From Glaucostegus cemiculus (taxonomy: Eukaryota), in NCBI GenBank assembly GCA_976551045.1, contig CDPCPM010000153.1:4278001-4342000 (forward strand): a stretch of DNA of 64,000 bases, given 5' to 3'. Both the position numbers and the translations under genes were made by a program. This document shows, in pieces, positions 51,950 to 64,000 of this stretch. The notes under the pieces are model-generated. The model did not search any database. It had not been told where the DNA came from and saw nothing but the letters and a program-made list of their open reading frames with translations. Within the stretch, counting starts at the first letter, position 1. Each line of letters starts with the position of its first letter.

Positions 51950-54200
51950 ATTATAAATGGATTATTTAACAGTTAGTGTCTTAACTAGTGAAAATAAAAT
52001 TATCAATAGCAAGTAAATAGAAATCTAAACTTTTCAATATATAAAATAAGACGATAGGGATTGCAGGATAGGTGATAGCTGCAGTCTGTGGGAATGTGAA
52101 GATCAGTCTGATCCCCAGTAACTACATCTGTAGCAAATGTCTGTATCCTGAGGGACATCACCTAGAGTGGGTGAGCTGGAGTCTAAGCTGCAGATGTTAT
52201 GACGAAGGGTGAGTTTCCTGGACACTCATCCAGGAAGGAACTGCCTCTCCTAGGTTAGGTGGCAGCAAGGATGGCAGGGTGCAACCATTGTATCAGGCAG
52301 GTGGAAAGGCTCAGGAGGTACTTTCTGATCAGCAGCAGCCTGTGCACTTATTTAGTAGGTAAGTTGTTTGTGAAACTCAAGACCAAGAAGATAAGAAAAC
52401 TGACGACAGCACAATGATACGGGTGTCATTCACGTGGGGGTGGGGGTGAGGGAAGGACTTCTTTTAATTAAAAAATGGTAGGTGTAGTGTACTACTGTAG
52501 CTGAGAACCTGAGTCCTAAGACTACTGCACAAGTTTAAGGTAATGAGCTGTCTTTGAGGATGGAGAAAATCTTCAAGTGGGAAGAGAGGAAAGTGGCTGA
52601 AGTCCATGTAAGAAGATGGGTAGAACTAAAGAAATTCTATTGAGGGAATACAAGGAATTAAGTTAACAAACAGAACCACAATGGTAACGATCTCATGTTC
52701 ATTATCTGAGACATCTGCAGATTAGCAGAGTTGAATGTGTGGCCAAAGAAGTGGGTGGGAGAAATGGGTTTCAATTTGCAGGGCACTGCCACCAGTGCTG
52801 GGGAAAGAGATAGCTATTCTATTGGGACAGGCTTCACTAGAATCCTGATGGTTCTAATGTCCTGGCAAACTGAAATCCAAGGCTATGAATAAGGCTTTAA
52901 ACTTTGGGGTGTGGGAAGGTGATAATGGAATTAGTTTACTGAGTTCTGGCAAGGGAAATGTTAGAAAGTTAACTAAAAGGAACAAGGTTATACTGCAGTG
53001 CAGTAATGTAGTTAATGATAAGCAATGTAATGGGAAGGGATGGTTTATATAATGTTCAATCCAGCAGCAAATAGGTTGAAGCAGGGATTATATATTTTTT
53101 TAAAACCAAGTCAATTAAAGACTGTTTACAAACATGTGGTTGCAAGATGATAAAGGTTGCAGGGATAGTGGATGCTTTGATAATGTTTCAAAATTCAAGA
53201 TTCTAGAACATTCCCTGTTGATTGGGAAGTGGCAAATAAAGTGCCACTGTTCAAGAAAGGAGAAATAGAAGGCAGGGAACTATATGCCAGTTTGTCTCAC
53301 ATTCTTCATTTGAGAAAATGTTGGAATCCAATAAGGAAGTCGTAGCAGGATACTTAAAATCTTATTTGGCAGAATCAACATGGTTTTGTGAAAGGGAAAT
53401 TGTTTGACATGTTTCTTAGTACTCTGAGGATGTACATAGCAGGGTGGATAAGCAGAAACCATTAGATGTAATGTATTTGAATTTCCAAAAAGATATCTGT
53501 TAAGATCTAACATCCAGCAAGGTTACTGTGCAAAATAAAGGCTCATAAGATATTAGGTAGATAATTATTTATTAGTCACATGTACAACAAAACACACAGT
53601 GAAATGCGTCTTTTTGCATTACCGAGCATGTTCTGGAGGCAGCCCGCAAATGTTGCCACTCTTCTGGCGCCAACATAGCATGCCCACAACTTCCTAACCC
53701 GTACGTCTTTGGAATGTGGGAGGAAACCGGAGCACCCGGAGGAAACCCACACAGACACACGGGGAGAATGTACAAACTCCTTACAGACAGCAGTGGGAAT
53801 TGAACCCGGATTGCTGGCGCTGTAATAGCATTATGTTACCACTATACTACTGTGCCACCCATTAACGTAGCATGAATAAATTTGATAACTTGCAAAGAGT
53901 AGGGATAAATGGGTCATTTTCAGGTTGGCAAGCTGTAACTAGTAGTGTTCCATAAGGATTGGTGCCGAGGCCTCAACTGCAATCTATATTAATGACTTGG
54001 ATGAAGAGAGTGTATTATCACAAACTTGGTTACTGTACATAGGTGGGAGAGGTGAGAGAAATTCTGCACAGGGATATAGATAGATTGAGCAAGATGTATA
54101 ATGCAGAAAAGTGTACAACTATTCACTTTTGTAGGAGGATTAGAAAAGTAAAATGTAATTTAAATGATATGGAAACTAGTGAATGCTAGAATGATCACTA
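51950..54200 (+). mobile_element. Degenerate CR1 LINE (ORF1 and ORF2 fragments) interrupted by a SINE
   Basis: Decayed RT motifs (ccactgttcaagaaagg, catggttttgtgaaagggaaat, gtaactagtagtgttcc); many stops and frameshifts. Confidence 0.7.
53563..53860 (-). mobile_element. V-domain SINE, same subfamily as 50662-50957
   Basis: Reverse-complement match, giving near-identical spurious ORFs (SVWVSSGCSGFLPHSKDV). Confidence 0.85.
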
Positions 54201-55218
54201 AGTCACCATCGAGGTCAAGAGACTGAGAAAATAAAACATGCCTAGAGAGCATGCCTAGTAAAAGGCTGATATTGCAGATACTTTGACCTGCAAAGTATCC
54301 ACTTCCCCTCTGTGTGAAAATGAACAGCTATAGTTTAGCTGAAGAAAAATACTTTGAGTGCTGGAAAATAAGAAATAGAAGCAGGAGTAGGCCATTTGGC
54401 CCCCTACACCAACACTGCAATTCAATAAATTTCCCCAGAGTATCTTTTATCATGAAATAATTAATTAATCCCATCTCATTATGCATGAAAAGATCTAAAA
54501 TAGTCTGTCCTTTAATTGGTTTCACAAAGTATTGATCAAAGGAACTGTATGAAAGCACTCTTTGCACATGTCCTAAAGGTTACATTAGCCAATTTGATTT
54601 GTCCAATCTGTATGAAGATTAAAAATTGCCCATGGTTACTGCATTACCTTTGTTACAAGCACTGATTTAATAATTAATATTGTCCTTCAGTGTAGTTACT
54701 GTTAGGATGGGCTATTCACACTAATAACTTTTTGTCCTTGTTACTTTTTATCCATCCAAACTAATTGTAATCTTTATCTTCTGAACAATATCACTTCTCA
54801 CTCCTGTGCTGGTCTCAGCTTTTGCTCACACAACTACTCATCTCCTTTCCCTTTCCACCTAACATTCTGAAATGTTAACTATTGCAGAATATTGCTGCGA
54901 TTGCTGTCCTGCACTTTAGTCTTGCCGTTTTCTCTAACTTCCTAATATTCCCCTCACAAACACCCCCCCCCCATGGAACAGCTCCCTCTTTCCCTTGTAG
55001 TGGTGTCAGTGCCTCATGATTTGAGACCTACTTCTCCCTCATCTTTAAGCCACACATTCAACTCTGATCCTATTTGCACATGGATTTATATAGGAATACA
55101 GGGATTATGATCTTTGTGATTCTCCCTTTCAATTTTGAACTTAGCTGCACACACTCCTTCAGTAGAACCCCTTTCTTGGTCTTACCTACATAATTTATAC
55201 TTACATGGACCATGACAA

Positions 55219-57402
55219 TTGGATCTTACCCCTCCCATTTCAGGAAGCTTTAGAATTGTCATGGACAGGCATAAGTGCAGGGAGCGTAGGAAGATATTCA
55301 ATTGGGGTAGGGCAGACTATGAGGCTATAAGGAAAGAGCTTGGGAGTGTAAATTGGGAAGTCCTTTTTGAGGGGATGTGTACTGTAGAGATGTGGACGTT
55401 GTTCAGGGATGTTTTACAGGATGTTGGGGACAGATATGTTCCGGCAAGACGGAGGAAGAATGGAATAGTGAAGGAACCGTGGGTGACAAGAGAGGTAGAA
55501 AGACTGGTTAGGAGGAAGAAGGAGGCTTACGTAAGGTGTAAGCGGCAAGGCTCTGATGTGGCCCGTGAGGAGTATAGTATAGTGAGAAGGGAACTTAAGA
55601 AAGAGCTGAGGAGAGCTAGAAGGGGACATGAAAAGATGTTGGCTCGTAGGGTTAAGGAAAATCCCAAGGCTTTTTTCTCTTATGTGAAGGGCAGAAGGAT
55701 GACTAGGGTAAAGGTAGGGCCTATTAAGGACAAAGGTGGGAGGATGTGCCTGGAGGCGGCAGAGGTAGGGGAGGTACTTAATGAATACTTCTCCTCTGTA
55801 TTCACCAAGGAGAGGGGCCTTGATGATGTGACGGTGAGTGCTGACAAGGGTAATATTCTTGAGTATGTAGCTATAGAGAGGGAGGAGGTGATGAAATTGT
55901 TAAGTAATATCAAGACTGATAAGTCTCCGGGGCCCGATGGAATATTCCTCAGGCTGCTTCGGGAGGCGAGGGAGGAGATTGTTGATCCGCTGGTGAGGAT
56001 CTTTGAGTCCTCGTTGTCCACGGGGATGGTGCCGGAGGATTGGCGAGTAGCGGATATTGTTCCCTTGTTTAAGAAGGGCAGTAGAGATAGTCTGGGAAAT
56101 TACAGACCGGTGAGCCTCACGTCTGTGGTAGGTAAGCTGTTGGAAAGGATTTTGAGGGACAGGATCTATGAGCACTTGGAGAGTCATGGACTGATTAGGG
56201 ACAGTCAGCATGGCTTTGTGAAGGGAAGATCTTGCCTCACGAGCCTGATAGAGTTCTTTGAGGAGGTGACGAGGAAGCTTGATGAGGGCAGGGCGGTGGA
56301 TGTAGTGTATATGGATTTTAGTAAGGCGTTCGATAAGGTTCCTCATGGCAGGCTTCTTCAGAAGGTCAGAGGTCGAGGTATCCAGGGGAGGTTGGCTGTG
56401 TGGATAAGAAATTGGCTTTCCTGTAGAAGGCAGAGGGTTATGGTGGAGGGAGTGCCCTCGGATTGGAGGGCTGTGACTAGTGGAGTCCCGCAGGGATCGG
56501 TTCTGGGGCCTCTACTCTTTGTTATATTCATAGATGATTTGGATGAAGGAGTGGAGGGATGGGTTGGTAAGTTTGCAGATGACACCAAGATCGGTGGTGT
56601 GGTAGATAGTGTGGAGGACTGTAGGAGCTTACAGGGGGATATTGATAGGATGCAGAAATGGGCTGATAGGTGGCAGATGGAGTTTAATCCGGAGAAGTGT
56701 GAGGTGGTGCACTTTGGGAGGACAAACTCCAGGACAGAGTATAAGGTAAATGGTAAGGTTCTTGGCAGTGTAGAGGAGCAGAGGGATCTGGGGGTTCATA
56801 TCCACAGTTCGCTCAAAGTTGCCTCGCAGGTGGATAGGGCTGTTAAGAAGGCTTATGGGATGTTGGCTTTTATAAATAAAGGGATTGAGTTCAAGAGCAG
56901 AGAGGTGATGATGCTGCTTTACAAAACTCTAGTTAGGCCGCACTTGGAATATTGTGTTCAGTTTTGGTCGCCGCATTATAGGAAGGATGTGGAGGCGTTG
57001 GAGAGGGTGCAGAGGCGTTTTACCAGGATGATGCCTGGATTGGAGGGTATGGAATATAAAGAGAGGCTTAAGGTGTTAGGGCTCTACTCATTAGAGAGGA
57101 GGAGGATGAGAGGGGACTTGATAGAGGTGTTTAAGATATTGAGAGGAATAGATAGAGTTAATAGTCAGCGCCTCTTTCCCAGAGCGCAGATGCTCAAGAC
57201 GAGAGGGCATGCCTTTAAGATAATAGGTGAAAAGTATAGGGGAGACGTCAGAGGGAAGTTTTTCACCCAGAGAGTGGTTGGTGCATGGAATGCACTGCCT
57301 GGGGTGGTAGTGGAGGTAGATACGTTGGACAGGTTTAAGAGATTGTTAGATAAGCACATGGAAGAATGTGGAATAGTAGGATATGAGGGTGGAAAGAGTT
57401 AG
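55219..57402 (+). CDS. CR1 ORF2 remnant: reverse transcriptase domain without the N-terminal AP endonuclease (the listed start lies in flanking DNA)
   Basis: KSPGPDGI, NYRPVSLTS, QHGF, DFSKAFDKV, GVPQGSVLGP, FADD, LEYCVQFWSP motifs. Confidence 0.9.
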   Translation: MDLTPPISGSFRIVMDRHKCRERRKIFNWGRADYEAIRKELGSVNWEVLFEGMCTVEMWTLFRDVLQDVGDRYVPARRRKNGIVKEPWVTREVERLVRRKKEAYVRCKRQGSDVAREEYSIVRRELKKELRRARRGHEKMLARRVKENPKAFFSYVKGRRMTRVKVGPIKDKGGRMCLEAAEVGEVLNEYFSSVFTKERGLDDVTVSADKGNILEYVAIEREEVMKLLSNIKTDKSPGPDGIFLRLLREAREEIVDPLVRIFESSLSTGMVPEDWRVADIVPLFKKGSRDSLGNYRPVSLTSVVGKLLERILRDRIYEHLESHGLIRDSQHGFVKGRSCLTSLIEFFEEVTRKLDEGRAVDVVYMDFSKAFDKVPHGRLLQKVRGRGIQGRLAVWIRNWLSCRRQRVMVEGVPSDWRAVTSGVPQGSVLGPLLFVIFIDDLDEGVEGWVGKFADDTKIGGVVDSVEDCRSLQGDIDRMQKWADRWQMEFNPEKCEVVHFGRTNSRTEYKVNGKVLGSVEEQRDLGVHIHSSLKVASQVDRAVKKAYGMLAFINKGIEFKSREVMMLLYKTLVRPHLEYCVQFWSPHYRKDVEALERVQRRFTRMMPGLEGMEYKERLKVLGLYSLERRRMRGDLIEVFKILRGIDRVNSQRLFPRAQMLKTRGHAFKIIGEKYRGDVRGKFFTQRVVGAWNALPGVVVEVDTLDRFKRLLDKHMEECGIVGYEGGKS

Positions 57403-57489
57403 TTTGGGAGATGTTTGTAGGATGGCACAGCTTGATGGGCCGAAGGGCCTGTTCTGTGCTGTATTGTTCTATTGTTCTATTGTTCTATT
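55245..57489 (+). mobile_element. Young 5'-truncated CR1 LINE
   Basis: Uninterrupted ~2.15-kb ORF2 with RT, short 3' UTR GGGCCGAAGGGCCTGTTCTGTGCTG and (TATTGTTC)3 octamer tail at 57462-57489. Confidence 0.95.
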
Positions 57490-59299
57490 AACCTCTACAG
57501 CCCCAATGAAGTGCCCTTAACCCTTGCATGCAGCAAACAGCACAACTTATGGGACTCTTACTTGTGGCTGCAGAGGACAGTATCTACCCCATAACTATAC
57601 TGTCCCCTATCAGCACTACATTCCTTTTCACTCCCCAACTTGAATGGTCCCTTGTACCAAGGTGCTGTAGTCAGTTTGCTAATCCACCTGCAGTCTCTGC
57701 TCTTGTCCACATAGGCTGCACAAACCTCATTCTTATAGAAACAATGTAAAATCTGAGACTCCTCCAATGCTATCTTCTGGATTTCCATGGCTATTTCACT
57801 CATAGTCACATCTTCCTTTCCTTTTTAGTTCAGATCTACCCAAGGAGGTGTAAATGCCTCCTAGAATGAAGTGTCCAGGTAACTTTCTTCCTTCATGATG
57901 CACTACAGCATCCAAACTCAGACTCCAACTCATTAAATTTGAGCTATAGTTTAAGGGGTAGCCACCAACTGCATATGTACCCACTGTGGTTCAGAGGGGG
58001 TTTCACCAACTCCAGCATGCAACAGCTACAACACATCACTGCCCTGATATATCTGCATTAATTGAATCTATTCAACTTACTGTTGTAAGTTATTCACATG
58101 GCTATAATTTTAATTACAAGTTAATGTAGTTAAAAAAAATGACTTTAACATGCTAATCTTAGTTACACTATTTGTTCTAGAATGAGCCCTTTTAAGATAG
58201 AAAAGAAAAACAATACTTACCAACTGCTGCCTTCCTGTGATGTCATGCATTGATTTATATTCTCCTCTTACCTCTCCAACCCTGTTTTTCAAACTTTTAC
58301 ATTGCCAGTGTTGATGTTTTTTCATTAATGTAACTCAGATTTTTCTTTAAAATACAGACGCAACTCTTTCCCCCACTTCACCCAAATCCCCTCCCTCACC
58401 AAAATACAACCTCTGCACTCTGTTGAAAATGCACACAGGTGAAATGCATCCATTTCCTTGTGTTCTCTCCTCCCCCCTTTCTCAGCATCTTAAAACCTAT
58501 TTAACTCTAACTTTTACCCCAAACTCAGGAAGGTTATCAACTTGAAACATTGTTTCTCTATTGACAAAATGCTGCTTGTCCTGCTCAGAATGCCCAGCAT
58601 TTTGCGTGGTTATTCTCAGAAATGCACCCTTTAATGCATGCACAGCTTGAATGATCTTCACATCATCTGAACCACTGTAAGCCTCAGATTTATGCCCATG
58701 CGCTTATGGATAGGATCTTGAAATCAGTGAACAGGTTTTTAATTACAGCTGTCTTGGTGGATTTGAAACAAAGCTGAAAAGCTTGAGTAATTAGTCATTT
58801 TATCATTTTTCCCCATTTTCATTTTAGAATGCCTTACTGAAAGTGTTCCTTTATGGATTGTTGCTCTATTCCTTCTGGTGTTGCAAGCAGAAGCTCTGAA
58901 TGAAATTTGAGATTGTAATGGAATTTAAGACATTGAAATCCTCATGTTTTAAATTAAAACGACATTACCCCATGTCCAGCCAAATGTACTTAAGACATAT
59001 TTAAAGCTGCGGGTTGGGAACTAAGAAACGACATCACAGGGGAGATACGACCAACCTGAACAATTACTTCTTGATTTCTCGCATGCGCCACACCAGTAAT
59101 GAGGATTTGCTCAGTGATTTGGGTGCTTCCCTGCAGCCTAAATGAAAAAAAAAAGAGGGATTTGGAAAATCAGTGGCCCATCTTCTCTGACTTAACATCA
59201 ACATCATCTATGGTTCCACAATTTGTTCACACTCATTGATGGGTTTATCAAGTGGCACAATATATGTAGAAGAAAAGTACAGAAAATAAAAATAAATTC

Positions 59300-60250
59300 T
59301 TGAGGGAATAATGGAGCAAACGTTGCAACGCACATTATTTTAACCTCTTAAAACAACGTATGGATTTTATTTAACGCGGCTCTTCATGATCTTGCTTTCA
59401 TTTTCGAAGTTATTAGTAAACATGTTAAAAGGTGACAGACAGTTAAACAAGCATTTCTCACGTGCATTAATTGTGTTTGTAAAGGACCAATCTGAAGTGG
59501 ATGGAGGCTGATCCGCACAATAATGACTGAAACAAATGAATTGTTTTTCGAAGAAAATTGCTGAGAACCGGTAATAAGTCCATGAAACCATATTGCAATG
59601 CCTCCATAGCTCGGTGTACTCAGTTTTAATTCGCTGACTGCTTCGCTCCTCATAGGTATTGGGAGGGTGGTGTCAAATGTTGCTCATTCGGACAAAATTT
59701 TATTCAGCTCGCAGACTTAATGGAGCTAGAGGTGAGACAACTTCGGGGAATCTCCTCTGACGCCTCGACAGTACACCAACTCACCTCACCTCCTGCACGC
59801 CTGGCCTACCGCACGCCATCACAGCCCTTCTCCCGCTCATTCTCGCCGATCATCCAGTCAGAATACGACAATTTCCCGCTCTCCGCCGTCGGGGTTAGAC
59901 TCTGGAAGGCGCCGGAATCTCTGCCGCTGTAATGTTAGGGTAGAACAACATTTTATCGGAAAGTAACAAAGTTGCACCAGCGACACAAGGTGTTAATACT
60001 TCGCATCGAGCAAAATGTTTGCAAAACACAAAGACTGGGGCAAAAGAAGAAAGAATTGAGACAAAAATTGACGAAGGAGGGAATATGAAGCCGGCAAGAT
60101 CATAGTGAGTTTCTTCAGACACCAAATCCAGGGAGTACTGACACTATCCCTATTTAAGAACACAGAGAATAAGTCTAGAAGTCGCTTACACCAAGAGACC
60201 AAATACCAGTACCGTTGCCACCGAGAAATCGATTCCATGCATTACTTTGG
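59300..60250. promoter_or_regulatory. Orphan CpG-island-like region, candidate promoter/first exon
   Basis: Visible CpG enrichment against a CpG-poor background; not repeat-like; consensus splice donors on both strands. Confidence 0.5.
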
Positions 60251-60269
60251 AATCTATTGGATTATTGTT

Positions 60270-60580
60270 TCATAGATTGGGTCCATCGAGCATACACCGG
60301 CTTTCAGAGCAGCCCAATTCCCCCTCTTGTATCCCTGTAAGCTATTTTCTCTCACATGGCCATTAACCACCCCTCCCCCCGTTTCTTTCCACCATCCGTC
60401 AACATCAGGGGTAATCAACAGTGGCCAATTAACCTACCAGCCAGAATGCCATTGGGATGTCAGGGGAAACCCACACGGTCACAGGGAGAACGTGCAACCG
60501 TCACAGAAAGAGAGCCAGAGGTCAGGATTGAATCGGGGTCTCTGGAGATGTGAGGCAGCAGCCCACTACTGTGTAACTGT
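60270..60580 (-). mobile_element. V-domain SINE, degenerate
   Basis: ggaaacccacacggtcacagggagaacgtgcaa...ggattgaatcggggtctctggagatgtgaggcagc. Confidence 0.75.
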
Positions 60581-61029
60581 ACAGACAGAAAGTCATAACA
60601 AATCCATGAAGCACTGACCATGAGCGAGCTCATATCATCTGTGGATTTGAGGTCTCGGTGTCAATGGTCTGTGGGTTTGATCTCAGTCTTAGTAGCCCCA
60701 GGATTTGGTCTCTCAGAGCCAGTGGTCCTGGGATTTGGTGATCCATGAATGTGGCTTGTAGGTCTGTGGTGCCTGTTTCTTATTCTTTAGTGGTGCCTAG
60801 ATTTGGTATCCTAATGTCAGTGGACCTTGTACTTGTGACTGTGTTTGCAGTTCAAGGAATTGGCTTCCCTTGTTTAGTCCCTTGGTGTAAATGGTCACTG
60901 AATGTTTGACTTTTTCAAGAGTCCATGGTCCATAAGTCTGAGTGTATATGGCCCCTGGTTTTGCTGGGAGACTAATTCCAGAGCCCACTTAAACTGAGAG
61001 GAAAACAAAGGACTCCAGTTATAACGATT

Positions 61030-63330
61030 GATTAGGGAGGTCAGGACTGTTTTCTTCAGAGAAGGTGAGGGGAGATCTGAGTAATGAGGGGTCTGGACAG
61101 AGTGGATAATGGGGGGCTGTTCCCTTTGGTGGAAGGGTTGAGGACTAGAGGCCACAGGTATAAAATAAAAGGCGAGGGCTTTAGGAGTGACATGAGGGAA
61201 ACATCTTTTATATACAGCAAGTGGTTGGAATCTGGAATGCACTGCCTGCAGATGTGGTGGGGGTTGGTTCCAAAGTGGTCTTCAATAGGAAGTTATATAA
61301 ATATATGGTGAGGAAAAGTTTGCAAGGTTGGTGTATGGAACCAGAGAGTTGCTCTGGGAGAGAGCTAGCAGGATGGTCTCCTGTGCTGTGATCATTCTGT
61401 AGTACCATGTTTAGTTAATCTACTGGAGTTCTTTGAGGATGTACCTAGCAGTATAGATGAGAGAGACCAGTAGATGTGGTGTATTTTGATTCTCAGAAGG
61501 TTTTCAGTAAGATCCCACTCAGGAGAGTGATGAACAAGGATAGACCACATGGAATTAGGGGTAATATGTATAAATGTGAAGTGAGAGTTGGTTAAAAGGT
61601 AGAAGATAAAGAGTACAAATAAATGGTCTGTCTCAAATTGGATGGTTGTGACTAGTGGGGTACCACGCTGATTGTGCTTGGGGTTCAACAATTCACAATC
61701 TACACTGGTACCCTACTTAGCCTTGCCCTGCAAAGTGCTGATTCATTATGGTGCACTTGGTCTTCCGCTCAAACTCACAGGTATTTACAGACCTGTACTT
61801 CTTAAAAAAGGCATGCGCTTGGGATGTGTGCTGCCACTGGTTGTCAAGCTTACTACTGTAGAAAATCTGTGCAGACAAACAGAGAGACAGGGAGACAGCA
61901 GCTTCCACCACACCCAACAGGAGATGATGAGGGAGGCTGTAGGATCCGTGCAGTCTTTCAACACATGGAGCAGGTCCTGTCAGTCCCCAGCAATAGTCGC
62001 ACTCACCGTGTAGTCCAGGGTGCAGTCCTGATCCCTATGTCCCAGCGTTGAGCAGCTGCACCACTCGCCCCAGCCCTTACAACAGCCTCTCTGCACCAAG
62101 CTGAGGGGTGGTTCTTTGCTGCAGGAGTGTCAGTGGAGGGCAAAAATTTATATCAGCTTTCCGGCACAGCAGTGCTGTCAGTAACTCATCTCTCCCCATA
62201 TAATGCTTTACTGACTCCTTTCAATGCTGTTTCCATTTGCACTCTTGTTCCTGGGAATGCATACTGAGCACTGAGAGTACAGGTGTATATCAATGATGTA
62301 GCTGAGAGAATCAAGTGTAACATTTCTAAGTTTGCTGCTGATACAGAACTAAATAGGAATATGAGTAATAATGAGGCTTCAAGTAGATATAGAGAATTTT
62401 AGTGAATGGGAAAGAATATGGCAAATATGATCATAAGATATAGCAGCAGAATTAGGCCATTTGGCCCATTAAATCTGCTCTGCCATTCAATCATGGCTGA
62501 TTTTTTTTTGGCCCCATTCTCCTGACTTCTTTCTGTAACCCGTTTACCAATCAAGAGCCTATCAATCTCTGTCTTAACTGCACCCAGTAACTTGGCCTCC
62601 ACAGCCCTCTGTGGCAATGAATTCCACAGATTCACCACCATCTGGCTGAAGAAGTTTCTCCTCATCTCAGTTTTGTAGGGACGTCCCTTTATTTTGAGGC
62701 TGTGCAATAATGGAGTACAATGTTTCACTTCAGTAGAAAAAATCAAAAATGCTGAGTAGTTTTTAGTGAGAAACTGGGAAGTATTGATACTTACTGCAAA
62801 TGGACATGGGTGTACTTGTACACAAGTTACTGAAAACTAACATGTAGTGCAACAGGCAGTAAGGTATGTTGACCTTTATTGCAAGAAGATTAGAGTACAA
62901 GAGTAAGGATGTCTTACTGCAATTATATGTGGCCTTAGTGACACCACACATGACGTTTTGTGTACAGTTTTGGTCTCCTTTCCTAATGATTGATGCACAT
63001 GTTGTAAAGGGAGTGCAGTCAACATTCACCAGGCTAGTTCCAGGGATGGCGGGTCTGTTATATAAGGATTGAATATTCTCTAGAGTTCAGAGAATGAGAG
63101 GGGACTTCATTGAAACTTACAAAATTCTTATAGGGCTTGAAAGGATATTTCCTTTGGTTGACAAATCTAGAACTAGGAGGTTATAGTCTCAAAATTATGG
63201 AGAAGCCATTTAAGACAGAGATGACAAGAAATTTCTTCACTCAGAGGTGGTGAATCTTTGGAATTCTGTTCCCTGGAAGGCTGTGGAAGCTCAGTCGCTG
63301 AGTTAATTCAAACCAGAGACTGATGGAGTT
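61030..63330 (+). mobile_element. Nested degenerate CR1 fragments (plus an inverted CR1 3' piece at ~62430-62705)
   Basis: ORFs 61084..61311, 62866..63072 (LEYKSKDVLLQLY...CVQFWSP) and 62399..62746. Confidence 0.8.
61703..62285. mobile_element. Probable Tc1/mariner-type non-autonomous DNA element inserted into CR1
   Basis: TA on both sides; degenerate TIRs CACTGGTACCCT / AGAGTACAGGTG; removal restores CR1 ...cacaatctatatcaatgat... Confidence 0.55.
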
Positions 63331-64000
63331 CTATTAGAAGATGGATGGAGGGATCTGAGCTGCTGTAAGGATGAAGCCCCCCTACTGTTACATGGCAGGA
63401 GATTATGTAAAGAGGGTGCAATGAGGATGGAGTGAGGGAGGTGTATGCTAGTGCTTGGGGTGAGAATTCCCTATTAGTACATGGCTAGTGGGTGATTGAA
63501 GAATACATTTTAATGAAGCAGAATCTGTGCTTCTTATTGATTTTGTTTTTAACCACTTCACCTCCCCTTGATGCTTCCAGTTGCCATTCTTTAAATCATA
63601 AATCATGATTTCTTTGTTCCTCTCTTGGGGTTAAGAATTTCTATCTGGTCCTTTCCATCAGGACTTTTTGGGAGAAGTGAGTTGGCATATCCTTGTCTTT
63701 GATTGTGAAATATTTTCCCTTTTAAGAAGAAGGAAGAGAATGTGAAGACCTTCTCTATGTCATCATATGGAATGCAGCCCAGGTGCCAGAATGGGAGTAA
63801 GAACAGTTGCAGGAAATAAGATAACATGGATGATGTGAGTCTTCTACTGCTTTCTAATGTGTTTGGCTATGAATAAAGGAACTCTTACCGGGACAGTGAG
63901 CTGTGTAAAAGGTAACCTGGTACTTCCTGCATATTACGGGTAAACTGCAGACAATGTTCAACAGTGAATGGAATGTACTTAAAGTCAAGAAACCCACATT

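Larger units (their letters stand above)
54370..58100 (-). mobile_element. Old degenerate CR1 (ORF1/ORF2 junction) interrupted by the young CR1
   Basis: Reverse-strand CR1-like sequence on both sides of 55245-57489, apparently contiguous across the insertion; boundaries approximate. Confidence 0.6.

Noticed and set aside
55219-57402. 727-aa RT ORF as a domesticated host gene or novel RT system
   Set aside because: It has a standard CR1 3' UTR and octamer tail, is 5' truncated, and its listed start is a TTG in flanking DNA.
63600-63960. Exon-like segments near the right edge (e.g. minus-strand ctgcag|TTTACC...CCCG|gtaaga)
   Set aside because: No recognisable protein in any frame; splice-like signals alone are insufficient.

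Overview
Eukaryotic (vertebrate) genomic DNA, most likely from a cartilaginous fish (shark/ray) judging by its repeat families. Bases 1-~40 kb hold the 5' half of a type II collagen gene (col2a1) on the minus strand. I could read 30 coding exons in frame, with the canonical fibrillar sizes 17/33/33/54/102/78/45/54/99/108 bp; the gene continues past the left edge. The region >40 kb is upstream intergenic DNA dominated by nested CR1/L2/RTE LINE fragments and SINEs. It also has one young 5'-truncated CR1 with an intact RT ORF and two orphan CpG-rich promoter-like islands. Best observations: (i) a collagen 5' stem-loop (LARP6-type element with its 4-codon uORF) around the col2a1 start codon, an element classically attributed to COL1A1/COL1A2/COL3A1; (ii) intron 1 needs a non-canonical GC donor to keep frame; (iii) the tetrapod intron-1 SOX9 enhancer and the exon-2 splice-regulatory hairpin are recognisably conserved; (iv) a family of palindromic elements with decayed hammerhead-like cores, one flanked by a 14-bp target-site duplication. 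Comparisons with mammalian and repeat-consensus sequences are from memory and need alignment to confirm.
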